From an uncultured Candidatus Saccharibacteria bacterium (GTDB taxonomy: Bacteria > Patescibacteriota > Minisyncoccia > Sungbacterales > HO2-52-23), in contig CAZPDF010000001.1 of assembly GCA_964585475.1 (NCBI GenBank), positions 81,337-145,336 of the forward strand: DNA of 64,000 bases, in the 5' to 3' direction. Each line of letters begins with the position of its first letter. The first letter of the stretch is position 1. Below are positions 47,794 to 56,812 of the stretch, piece after piece. Below the pieces are notes generated by a model. The model ran no database searches. It was not told the origin of the DNA and saw only the letters and a program-made list of their open reading frames with translations. The position numbers and the translations under genes are program-made.

Positions 47794-48645
47794 ATGATGC
47801 TAAAGAATAAAAAAGCGATTATAACCGGAGGAGGTCGGGGAATTGGCAAGGCGGTGGCTGAAGCATTCGCTAAAGAAGGAGCGGATATTTTGTTGATTTC
47901 CCGTACCCGACAGGAGCTGGAGGCGACTAGTCGCGAATTGAGTCGTCAGGACCAGAGCGTAATAGTCGAGTCAGCCGATGTATCTAAAGTGGAGGACGTA
48001 GAAAACATCCGTAGAATTGTGCAAGAATCCTGGGGCCGAGTTGATATTTTAGTGAATGCGGCCGGCATATACGGACCCATAGGTTGCCTGGAGGATCTTG
48101 ATCTAGAGAATTGGATGCAAACTTTTTCGGTAAATATTTTCGGCACCGTACTTATGTGCCGTATGGCGCTGCCATTTATGAAAAAGCAAAAATGGGGGAG
48201 GATTATTAATTTTTCCGGAGGAGGTGAAGGCCCTCTGCCTAGATTCACCGCTTACTCTTCGTCCAAGGGAGCGGTGGTAAGGTTCACGGAGTCCTTGAAT
48301 GAGGAGGTCAAGGGGGACAATATTTGTGTAAACGCCATAACTCCCGGGCCCGTAAATACTGCCTTTTTGGAGGAGGTGCTCAAGGCCGGTTCGGAGCATG
48401 CAGGGGAAGATTTTTATCGCCAGGCCTTGGAGCAAAAAAAAGAGGGCGGGATTCCTCCGGAAAAAGCTGCGCGGCTTTGCTTATTTTTAGCAGGCGAGGA
48501 GGCCCACGGAATTGGCGGCAAAGTTTTGAGTGCCGTCTGGGATAATTGGCAGGATATTCCTAAGCATTTGAAGGAAATCATGGGATCGGATATATATAAT
48601 TTTAGAAGGATTAAACCAAGTGATCGCGGATATACCGGGTGGTGA
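47794..48645 (+). CDS. Short-chain dehydrogenase/reductase
   Basis: TGGGRGIG, VNAAG, YSSSK. Confidence 0.92.
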   Translation: MMLKNKKAIITGGGRGIGKAVAEAFAKEGADILLISRTRQELEATSRELSRQDQSVIVESADVSKVEDVENIRRIVQESWGRVDILVNAAGIYGPIGCLEDLDLENWMQTFSVNIFGTVLMCRMALPFMKKQKWGRIINFSGGGEGPLPRFTAYSSSKGAVVRFTESLNEEVKGDNICVNAITPGPVNTAFLEEVLKAGSEHAGEDFYRQALEQKKEGGIPPEKAARLCLFLAGEEAHGIGGKVLSAVWDNWQDIPKHLKEIMGSDIYNFRRIKPSDRGYTGW

Positions 48646-48646
48646 A

Positions 48647-48825
48647 CCCCGTTAGAAGTCTCAGCCCGTCCGAAAACTGTCATCCTGAGTGCTAACGAAG
48701 GATCTCTACCGTAGAAAATGGCTTAAATATTAGATTCTTCGCTTCGCTCAGAATGACAAAAATGTATTTTTAGGAGTTTTCGGACGGGCTGAGCAGATGC
48801 CTGCGGCATCTGACTTCTAACGGGG
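48647..48825. mobile_element. Triple-nested element: family A > family C (48661-48792) > family B (48679-48757); TGAA duplication
   Basis: Perfect 14-bp outer IR; perfect 18-bp IR TCAGCCCGTCCGAAAACT; TGAA at 48643-46 and 48826-29. Confidence 0.92.
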
Positions 48826-49847
48826 TGAAAATTATGGCTGGTCATAAAAATAGAATAAATGTGGTGTTGGTTGGTGCGGGCGGTATGGGCCGGCGGTGGG
48901 CCGGTGTTGTGGCGAATCATAGTGCCGCGCGACTCGGCGCAGTAATTGATATTGATCTCAAAAAAGCGGAGGATCTTGCTAAAAATTTTGGCGCGAAGTC
49001 CTATAGTTCCCTGGAGGATTTAAAAAATATGCCGGATATAGATGCGGCGGTTATCGCTCTTCCCAATAAGTTCCTCGCCGAAGCAAGCAAATTTGCTCTT
49101 CTATCCGGCAAGCATGTTTTGGTGGAAAAGCCCGGGGCGACGTCCGTTCGGGAATTGCAGGAAGTGCTTGATCTTGCCTTGTCTCGAGACCTACGGATAG
49201 CCGTCAGTTACAATCACCGCTTTCATCCAGGGCCCAGGGAGGCAAGAAAATTGCTGGACAGCGGGTTTCTGGGGGAGCTTATGTTTATCCGGGCCCTTTA
49301 CGGTTTTGGCGGGCGCCCGGGATATGAGAAAGAGTGGCGTCACTCCCGGGAAATTTCTGGCGGGGGGGAGCTGATTGATCAGGGTGTGCATTTGATTGAT
49401 TTAGCCCGCTGGTTTCTGGGGGACGTGGCAGACGCCAAGGGTTTTATTGAAAGTGCTTTTTGGAAGTCCGAAGTTGAAGACAACGCTTTCCTGTTACTTA
49501 AAAATAAGGAAGGCAAGATTGCTTCTCTGCATGCTTCTTGGTCGCAGTGGAAGCCGACTCATACCCTCGAGATATACGGAACCGAGGGTTACGCTATAGT
49601 TGAGGGTCTTGGAAAAAAATATGGCGGACAAGAACGGGTTTTTTATGCGAAGCGCAAGGCGGATTTTTCTTTGCCCGAGGAAAACGTCATTGAATGCGAC
49701 AATGATGCGGATAAATCTCTATCGCGAGTCCTTGATGAATTTATCTCCTCTATTCAAGAGAAAAGAGAACCAAGCCCCGGCTCAAAAGACGCGCTTGAGG
49801 TTTTGAAGATCGTAGAAAAAGTTTACAATGACGTAGGGTCGCGCTAA
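48825..49847 (+). CDS. Gfo/Idh/MocA oxidoreductase
   Basis: GAGGMG, HVLVEKP, GGGELIDQGVH; start is GTG 48825 or ATG 48834. Confidence 0.9.
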   Translation: MKIMAGHKNRINVVLVGAGGMGRRWAGVVANHSAARLGAVIDIDLKKAEDLAKNFGAKSYSSLEDLKNMPDIDAAVIALPNKFLAEASKFALLSGKHVLVEKPGATSVRELQEVLDLALSRDLRIAVSYNHRFHPGPREARKLLDSGFLGELMFIRALYGFGGRPGYEKEWRHSREISGGGELIDQGVHLIDLARWFLGDVADAKGFIESAFWKSEVEDNAFLLLKNKEGKIASLHASWSQWKPTHTLEIYGTEGYAIVEGLGKKYGGQERVFYAKRKADFSLPEENVIECDNDADKSLSRVLDEFISSIQEKREPSPGSKDALEVLKIVEKVYNDVGSR

Positions 49848-49874
49848 TAGATTAATTTGTCTGACAACCTTGTT

Positions 49875-50810
49875 ATGATTTCCATTGTATTTCCAGCCTA
49901 TAATGAGGAGGATAACGTTGCGGAACTGCATCGGCAGATTGTGGCGTCCATGCGACTTCAGAAGGACTCCTACGAGATTATAGCCATTGATAACGGTTCA
50001 ACGGACAAGACGTTAGCGCGCCTTAAGGGGCTTTCTCCCATAAAAATTATTGTATTTCCCAGAAACTTCGGGCAGACCTCGGCCTTGGATGCGGGAATTC
50101 ATTCGGCGCGGGGAGACATAATAGTGACTCTGGATGCTGATTTGCAAAATGACCCTGCAGACATTCCCCGCCTTATCGAGAAACTTGACGAGGGGTATGA
50201 CTGCGTGGTCGGTTGGAGAAAGAGTCGGCATGATTCTTTGGGAAGAGTGATACTTTCTCGCGCGGCCAATTGGCTTACCCGGCGGGTGAGCGGGCTCGAC
50301 CTCCACGATTTTGCCTGCGCTCTTAAAGCATTCAAAAAAGAATACATGAAAGATGTTCATTTATACGGCGAGATGCATGTTTTTCTGCCGGCGATTTTAT
50401 TTGCCCGCGGAGCGAAGATTGCCGAGATTCCCGTGCGGCATAGCGAGAGGAAGCATGGCGTCTCAAAGCACTATTTTTTTAAGGCCGTAAAAGACATTGC
50501 CGACCTTTTCACAGTTAAGTTCCTTTTTAGCTACACGGCGCGTCCCCTTATATTTTTTGGCGGGCCGGGGATCTTGAGCGTGTTGCTCGCCTTTGCATTT
50601 GCCGCATTGGCGGTTATATCAACTTTTATGGAAGGAATTCATATTATAGAATCTCCCTATACCTATTTAGCCATGACTTTTTTTCTGGCCGGTTTCATTC
50701 TGCTCATGATGGGATTTATGGTGGAGATGCTGGTACGCGTGTATTATGAGGGGCGCTATATGCTGCCTTATGTGGTAAGCGATATAGTAGAGAATAAACC
50801 CCGCCCTTGA
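49875..50810 (+). CDS. GT2, ArnC-like polyprenol-phosphate glycosyltransferase
   Basis: PAYNEE, RNFGQT.A, DADLQNDP, C-terminal TMs; stop codon lies inside a repeat. Confidence 0.9.
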   Translation: MISIVFPAYNEEDNVAELHRQIVASMRLQKDSYEIIAIDNGSTDKTLARLKGLSPIKIIVFPRNFGQTSALDAGIHSARGDIIVTLDADLQNDPADIPRLIEKLDEGYDCVVGWRKSRHDSLGRVILSRAANWLTRRVSGLDLHDFACALKAFKKEYMKDVHLYGEMHVFLPAILFARGAKIAEIPVRHSERKHGVSKHYFFKAVKDIADLFTVKFLFSYTARPLIFFGGPGILSVLLAFAFAALAVISTFMEGIHIIESPYTYLAMTFFLAGFILLMMGFMVEMLVRVYYEGRYMLPYVVSDIVENKPRP

Positions 50811-50926
50811 TTGTGGAGCATTAAGCCCTGCTGTAAGGACTACTATCAACGCTTCGGTAATCCTGCGTCACGACCGCGAGACATTCACCCCGCCCTTTTC
50901 CGAAAGGGCGGGGTTCAAGAGCGGGG
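50799..50926. mobile_element. 128-bp element (TAAA duplication) containing a nested 26-bp element at 50888-50913 (TTCA duplication)
   Basis: CCCCGCCCTTGA / TCAAGAGCGGGG; inner CCCCGCCCTTT/AAAGGGCGGGG. Confidence 0.88.
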
Positions 50927-50964
50927 TAAAGAAAAAGTTTAAGACAACAATTTTTTACCGGAAA

Positions 50965-51708
50965 ATGGAAGAATATGAATATAGTAATTTGGCGCGTAGA
51001 GAATCTTTCTATTTTTGGAATATAGGCAGGAGAGAGATTCTGCGGGATGCGTTGCGGAGGCACCTTTCCCCTTCTTTGACGCGCGAGATCTTGGACATAG
51101 GATGCGGCCCCGGCGGAAACATTTTGATTTTGCAGGAATTCGGACGGGTGACCGGCCTCGATATATCGGAATCGGCTCTTTCTTTTGCCAAAAACCGGGG
51201 CTTTGCCCGGTTGATTAGCGCTTCGGCCGAGAATATTCCTTTTCCGGATGCATCTTTTGATATGGTGAGCGCCTTAGATATGTTGGAACATGTTGAAGAA
51301 CAAGAAAAAGTTCTGGCGGGTGCGTTCAGGATTTTAAAGACCGGCGGGATCTTTTTGGTAACTGTTCCCGCGCATCCTTGGCTTTGGAGCGCTCATGATG
51401 AGGCCCTGCACCATCTTAGGAGATATGCGCAAAAAGACATAATTCTCAAATTGGAGAAGGCGGGTTTTCGGGTGCTCGAAAAAAGCCATTTTGTAACCGT
51501 GGCTGTTCTGGTGAATTATTTGCGGTTGTTTCGTGATAAGATTTTTTCCGGCGCTCAAAAAAAGGATAAAGCTAAGACCTATGACGTCGAATTTCCGGTT
51601 CTTCTTAATTCCCTGCTTTTATTTATCTTGCGCTGTGAGAAAGTATTTATCAGATTTTTCTCGATCCCACTGGGAAGTTCTCTTATGTTGGTCGTCCAAA
51701 AACCATGA
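50965..51708 (+). CDS. Class I SAM methyltransferase
   Basis: LDIGCGPG, LEHV, TVPA..WLWS.HD..H.RRY. Confidence 0.9.
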   Translation: MEEYEYSNLARRESFYFWNIGRREILRDALRRHLSPSLTREILDIGCGPGGNILILQEFGRVTGLDISESALSFAKNRGFARLISASAENIPFPDASFDMVSALDMLEHVEEQEKVLAGAFRILKTGGIFLVTVPAHPWLWSAHDEALHHLRRYAQKDIILKLEKAGFRVLEKSHFVTVAVLVNYLRLFRDKIFSGAQKKDKAKTYDVEFPVLLNSLLLFILRCEKVFIRFFSIPLGSSLMLVVQKP

Positions 51709-51709
51709 G

Positions 51710-51827
51710 TCCCGTTAGAAGCCGCGATCGCATATCAAAAATAACAAATATCTATAATGTACAACACTTTAGTTATAAATAACCCACGTGGATCGGATCA
51801 CTTGATCGCGATCTGCTTCTAACGGGA
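51710..51827. mobile_element. Family A-like element with TGAG duplication at a stop/start overlap
   Basis: TCCCGTTAGAAGC / GCTTCTAACGGGA; TGAG at 51706-09 and 51828-31. Confidence 0.9.
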
Positions 51828-53344
51828 TGAGATTAGAAAAAAAAGAGGCGTTCCTCATCATTTTTACGATCGTTTCCGTGTCAGCTCTATTTTTGCTGAT
51901 TTATTTTTATTTCGGTCCGGAAAATTATTACTGGGGCGGATTTGACTTCATAGAGTACGACATCCTAGGAAAGAATCTCGCTGAAGGCAACGGTTTTTCT
52001 TTGCGGGAGGCGCCTCCTTATTTGCCGAGCGCCACCCGTCTGCCCGGCTACCCGCTGCTGCTCGCTTTATCCAAAATACTAATTGGCAGCAACGTTTTGG
52101 TTTTGGCGCTGCAGATCATTTTTCTTGGCTTGATTGCTCTCCTAACTTATAGAATTTCGTTTTACCTTTTTTCCAGTGTAACTCTTTCGATGCTAGCGGC
52201 TTTGTTTATGGTTTTTGACCCGGACCATCTTCTTAATACTTTAATGCTTATGAGCGATTTGATTGCCGCTGGATTTTTACTGCTCTCTTTATATTTTTTG
52301 CTTAAATTTGCGGAGCGTAATCCGCCGAGCGAAGGAGAGGCGGGGTTTAAATATTTCTATTTAGCCGTAGCAAGTTTGGTTCTTTCGTCTTTCATAAGAC
52401 CCACGCCGCTATTGCTGATTTTCTTGTACGGCTCTATGTTTTTATGGGTTAGTTTCCGAATCAAAGTTCCAATGCGAAAAATCATTTATGGCGGGTGCTT
52501 AGTGTTTTTGATCGTAGCGCTCCCTTTTGGTTTCTGGCTTGGACGCAATTATAAAGCTTTTGGCATATTGTCTCTGACCTCTTCCGGCGGAATAGCACAG
52601 TTTCTCTCCATCTCCCCTGCGGTAAGAGCCCTTGGAGAGGGCATATCTCAAGGGGAAGCAAGGAAGAGGTCCTTTGCGGAATTTCGCAGAGAAATGAATT
52701 TGGAGCCGTTTCCCGACTTTCCCAATGTTTTTTATAGGCAGGACCTTGACTCGCTGACCTGGTTTATGATCACGGAGAATTTTTCCTACGGTGATTGGGC
52801 CTTGAAACATGCGCGTGCCATTTTCCGCAAATACCCCGGAGAGTATTTAAGGGTTTCTGCCGTATCGGGCCTTGACTTTCTTACCGAGGCCAACTGGTCT
52901 AATTTATTGGAGCAGTACGGCCTGCTTCGTTTTTACGATCGGCCCTCGCAGCCCTTGCGCGAGATTTTAGCCATGGCCAATTGGGGGGAGTTGGGATCGG
53001 CCCTGAAGGAAAGATTTTTTTGCAGTTTTAGATGCGTAACGGCTTTTATTCTGACAACCATAGGCAGAGTTTATTGGATAGCGATGACTATCGGCGCGGT
53101 TTTTGGCTTTTATTATTTTTTCCGCGACCGGAAATTAATTAATAAAAGATTGCCTGCACTGATTATTTTATTCTGCATTCTTTATACGGTGGCAGTACAC
53201 GTTTATTTAATTGGACCGTCTACCCAGCCGCGCTATCGTCTGCCTATAGCGCCCTTCCTCGTCATGTTCGGCTTGTACGGAGTGTGGTTTATGAAGAAGC
53301 GGATTTTTACAAAACGCGCGCTTGACGAATTTCAAATAGTGTGA
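51827..53344 (+). CDS. GT-C (ArnT-like) membrane glycosyltransferase
   Basis: D..EY..LGKNL..GNGF, R.PGYP, IRP, W..RNY, RYRLP. Confidence 0.8.
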   Translation: MRLEKKEAFLIIFTIVSVSALFLLIYFYFGPENYYWGGFDFIEYDILGKNLAEGNGFSLREAPPYLPSATRLPGYPLLLALSKILIGSNVLVLALQIIFLGLIALLTYRISFYLFSSVTLSMLAALFMVFDPDHLLNTLMLMSDLIAAGFLLLSLYFLLKFAERNPPSEGEAGFKYFYLAVASLVLSSFIRPTPLLLIFLYGSMFLWVSFRIKVPMRKIIYGGCLVFLIVALPFGFWLGRNYKAFGILSLTSSGGIAQFLSISPAVRALGEGISQGEARKRSFAEFRREMNLEPFPDFPNVFYRQDLDSLTWFMITENFSYGDWALKHARAIFRKYPGEYLRVSAVSGLDFLTEANWSNLLEQYGLLRFYDRPSQPLREILAMANWGELGSALKERFFCSFRCVTAFILTTIGRVYWIAMTIGAVFGFYYFFRDRKLINKRLPALIILFCILYTVAVHVYLIGPSTQPRYRLPIAPFLVMFGLYGVWFMKKRIFTKRALDEFQIV

Positions 53345-53377
53345 TAGCGTCACCCCAGTACACTAGAGGATTGATAT

Positions 53378-53782
53378 ATGGATCAGCTTCTAATTGCGGT
53401 AGTTGCATGGGCACTCAGCAATTTCTTTATGAAGCTCTCATTGTTTTATCTCAACGGAATCTCTGCAGTGAGCTGGCAGGTTTTGGGAATTATAGTAATG
53501 ATGAGTTTCATCCTTGGGTGGGAAGGTTTTAGCATCGAGCGAAATGTTCGTGGAGCGTCTTGGGCTTTTGCCTCTGGATTACTCACTATATTTGCTGCAT
53601 ACATTTTCTGGCAAGCTCTTCGATCAATAAAACTATCCGTTGCGATGCCCTTTGTAACATTAAACTACGGATTGACTGCGCTTTTGGGCATCGCTATTCT
53701 TCGCGAAGCCCTCATGCCTATACAGTTGGCTGGGGGTGCACTTATGCTGATTGGCGCAGTACTATTAAGTATGCAAAAATAA
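53378..53782 (+). CDS. EamA/DMT-family small membrane protein
   Basis: Four to five TMs; A.P...L...LG..ILRE......G pattern. Confidence 0.75.
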   Translation: MDQLLIAVVAWALSNFFMKLSLFYLNGISAVSWQVLGIIVMMSFILGWEGFSIERNVRGASWAFASGLLTIFAAYIFWQALRSIKLSVAMPFVTLNYGLTALLGIAILREALMPIQLAGGALMLIGAVLLSMQK

Positions 53783-53870
53783 AAAATACGGGCTCTGCCC
53801 GTTTTTGTTTTTTACCCCGTTTCGTTCTATACTGAAATATACTCAGCAAATTATTTTGATAGAATGCAAA

Positions 53871-53928
53871 CCCCGTTACTTGACCGCAGTCGAGTCAGAC
53901 TCGACCACAGGGCATTCAAGTAACGGAG
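53871..53928. repeat. Family A-like intergenic element
   Basis: CCCCGTTACTTGA / TCAAGTAACGGAG; inner GTCGAGTC/GACTCGAC; flanks CAAA/TAAA. Confidence 0.75.
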
Positions 53929-53957
53929 TAAATAACTGCATTCTCAATAATTTCTTT

Positions 53958-54743
53958 ATGGACTACAAAAAGTTTATTCTGGGTCTTGCCAAAGAGGCAG
54001 GAACGGTTATTAAAAAAAACTTTACGCGCGGCATGAAAAAAGAATGGAAAGATGGCGTTTCGGTGGTTACCGAGACTGATCGCATCATAAATCAGATGGT
54101 TATTGACAGCGTGAAAAAAACCTTCCCAGGGCATAGTATTCTTGCCGAGGAGAACAGTGATTTATCCGGTGATAATGAATTTATTTGGGTATGCGATCCA
54201 GTAGACGGGACAAAACCATTTGCACATGCCATACCCACTTGTGTATTTTCACTGGCTCTTACGCGACGAGGACAGAGTATCGCGGGAGCCGTCTACGATC
54301 CATTCATGGAAAGAATGTTTTTTGCGGAAAAAAATAAAGGAGCCTCTTTGAACGAAGAAAAGATAAAAGTTTCTTCGCAAAATACAATTAAAAATTCCTT
54401 GTTTGGAGTCTGCTATGGATGGAGAGATGAACCATTTGATTTTTCCGCACTGGGCCAAGCGCTGAAAACCGAATCTGGAGAGATCATAGACGTAGGTTCA
54501 ATAACCTATATGGGCGTTTTGGTGGCAGCGGGTGAATTAGCGGGTACGATGTTTCAAGGCACTAAACCATACGACACCGCAGCGCTAAAAGTGATCGTGG
54601 AAGAAGCTGGCGGGAAAGTTACTGATCTTTTCGGCAATGACCAACGTTATGATAGAGACATTCGCGGGCACCTCATTTCAAACGGATTACTGCACGATCG
54701 ACTACTTGAGATGCTGCGTACAACAGTCAGAGAAATTGAATAA
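53958..54743 (+). CDS. Inositol monophosphatase family protein
   Basis: VTETD, AEE, WVCDPVDGT, YDTAA..VEEAGG; ATG 53958. Confidence 0.9.
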   Translation: MDYKKFILGLAKEAGTVIKKNFTRGMKKEWKDGVSVVTETDRIINQMVIDSVKKTFPGHSILAEENSDLSGDNEFIWVCDPVDGTKPFAHAIPTCVFSLALTRRGQSIAGAVYDPFMERMFFAEKNKGASLNEEKIKVSSQNTIKNSLFGVCYGWRDEPFDFSALGQALKTESGEIIDVGSITYMGVLVAAGELAGTMFQGTKPYDTAALKVIVEEAGGKVTDLFGNDQRYDRDIRGHLISNGLLHDRLLEMLRTTVREIE

Positions 54744-54862
54744 TAATACATATCTAAGTTTATCTGCTCGGGATAAATTCTCTTTACAGTTCTGGATAAC
54801 GAATCCTTGACTTTTTATCATAAAATCAGTACACTGCACACAGTTCTTCATTGGGGCATGCC

Positions 54863-55648
54863 ATGGAGCGAATGACTGCAATCGATAGAGAGATCCATAT
54901 GCTAACTGGCCATGTAAACGCCGGTAAATCTACTTATTTTGGGTTCTTGAGCAAATTGCCAGAATACCAAGGATCAGATGTCTTTAAGACTTCGACAGAC
55001 ACGGTTCGCGTGCGTCACTACGCCAACCGCGTCTCGCCTCCGGCAGAAGACAACACCCTTGGTCATCTTGCTCTTTATAATTTGCTTACCAACTGGGAAA
55101 CGTGCGTTTACAATGACGAGCTTTTGTACGTTGACACGGAACGGGCCGTCCTAGTAGATCAGGTGAACAAAGTATTGCTAGATACAGTGGTACGAAGCAG
55201 GAAACTGCATCAAAGAAAACTGGCAGACATGGTTAAAAGAGTCGAATATGGATTACGCCGGATTGAGAAAGAACTAGCGGCAAAACGCGGAGTATTACCG
55301 CCTGACCCGCCCTCAAAGGTGAATTTGCGCGTAGTGCTGCTCTTCTGTGACTTTGAGACTGCCAGACGTAGAATGCTAGCACGATTCGAGCACGCCGTGG
55401 AGAAGGAGCAGGCACTCGTTGCTCTTGCAGAAAGCATAATACCTTACGAGGTGCCTACTGCTTATCCGTTTCTTGCGATCGACACTTCGGACGAAAGTTC
55501 TTCTGCTTCCGAGAAAAGGAAGCTGGAAATACTGGACTTTTTTGCAGGTCATGCGCCCGACCTATCGCTAATGGCCGCGCGCGCAAAAGAAGCAAAACAA
55601 TGTATCGCTGCCGCTAAAATAACAGCTAGAAAATGGTTTAAGAAATAG
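54863..55648 (+). CDS. P-loop protein, possibly a small-molecule kinase
   Basis: GHVNAGKST Walker A; TTGACT-17-TACACT at 54807-54835; start uncertain. Confidence 0.55.
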   Translation: MERMTAIDREIHMLTGHVNAGKSTYFGFLSKLPEYQGSDVFKTSTDTVRVRHYANRVSPPAEDNTLGHLALYNLLTNWETCVYNDELLYVDTERAVLVDQVNKVLLDTVVRSRKLHQRKLADMVKRVEYGLRRIEKELAAKRGVLPPDPPSKVNLRVVLLFCDFETARRRMLARFEHAVEKEQALVALAESIIPYEVPTAYPFLAIDTSDESSSASEKRKLEILDFFAGHAPDLSLMAARAKEAKQCIAAAKITARKWFKK

Positions 55649-55810
55649 ATATCCCTTGAAGGAAAAACCTGCCTGTATTACCGGGCAGGATTTTTGTTAC
55701 TTAAAATATATGTGCTGTGTTGAGATATCTAAACGTATCCAGTAGGTGAGCTTGACAAGATGGCCGCTTTTTAGTATTATCCGTAGAGTTCCACGTAGAG
55801 GTAAATATTC

Positions 55811-56752
55811 ATGCAGGTACGGTTGGGTCTTTTTTCTCCTCTTGTGCAGAATGCCGCAAACGCAGTTATACTGGCCGGAATTACGGCTTCTCGCATCGGA
55901 TTTTCCAAAAAGCCGCTCAAGTCAGAAAAAAAATTCGATGCGGGATATGGCCACGTTGCGACAACTACGGCGGCGGATCACATTGCACAAAGAATGATTC
56001 TGCGGTTTCTAAGCCGTAGATCTCATCAAGCCAGGTTTCTTACGGAAGAGAAGGCGGAGAAGATGGATGCCAAGATCGTTCAAGGAGTTATTACTGCAAA
56101 AGATTTTCATACCATCGCCCAAGGTGTTGTCTACGGCATTGATCCTATTGACGGAACGAGCATGTTCAAGAATCGTCTTTGGGAGTGGAGCAGTTCGGTC
56201 GGGGTCATGGTGGATGGGCAGCACATCGGAGGCGCAATATTTGCCCCGATGCTTCGTGGAGGAATTCTCTTGGTGGGTGAGAGAGGAAAAGGAGTTATGA
56301 TGTTTGAAAATAGCGGCAAGGTGAAAAGCAGGCCCGTGGTACCCTTTAATCAAAAGCCAAAGGACAGCGTTGTTTATATCGGGCCGGACATTTTCTTTCT
56401 GAATAAATTTGCCCCGTTTATGTCCGAGATTGGGCCGCAGTTGAGAACCATGAATTGTACTGGTTCCTGCGCCGTTGGCTTGGCGTATGTTGCAGCCGGA
56501 AGGATTGATGCTCTTATCCAACCCGCTCAGAAGGCCTGGGATTGGTTTGCCGGGTATCCCTTGGTTGAAGGAGTAGGGGGCAAGATGCAATGTTACCATT
56601 ATAGAGACGGAGCCATTGTGCCGCTTAATGCCCCGGATATTGCAAGTTACGACCCTAGTTGTCCCAACATGGCTTTTATTGCCGGAGTTCCTTCATTGGT
56701 GGATTTTCTTTTTGAAACTCTTAAGAAGACGTATCAAGTCTCAGCCGCTTAA
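55811..56752 (+). CDS. Inositol monophosphatase family protein
   Basis: TEE, IDPIDGT, YVAAGRID, WD..AG; TTGACA-17-TATTAT at 55752-55780. Confidence 0.85.
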   Translation: MQVRLGLFSPLVQNAANAVILAGITASRIGFSKKPLKSEKKFDAGYGHVATTTAADHIAQRMILRFLSRRSHQARFLTEEKAEKMDAKIVQGVITAKDFHTIAQGVVYGIDPIDGTSMFKNRLWEWSSSVGVMVDGQHIGGAIFAPMLRGGILLVGERGKGVMMFENSGKVKSRPVVPFNQKPKDSVVYIGPDIFFLNKFAPFMSEIGPQLRTMNCTGSCAVGLAYVAAGRIDALIQPAQKAWDWFAGYPLVEGVGGKMQCYHYRDGAIVPLNAPDIASYDPSCPNMAFIAGVPSLVDFLFETLKKTYQVSAA

Positions 56753-56812
56753 CCAGCGGCTTTTTTACTGTAAAACAAAATGGTATGGTAGTTTCGTTAT
56801 ATTATAAAATCT

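Noticed and set aside
52321-52345. Possible small in-frame hairpin (CCGCC..GGCGG; NPPSEGEAG)
   Set aside because: The stem is too short and has no clear duplication; it cannot be separated from chance without orthologs
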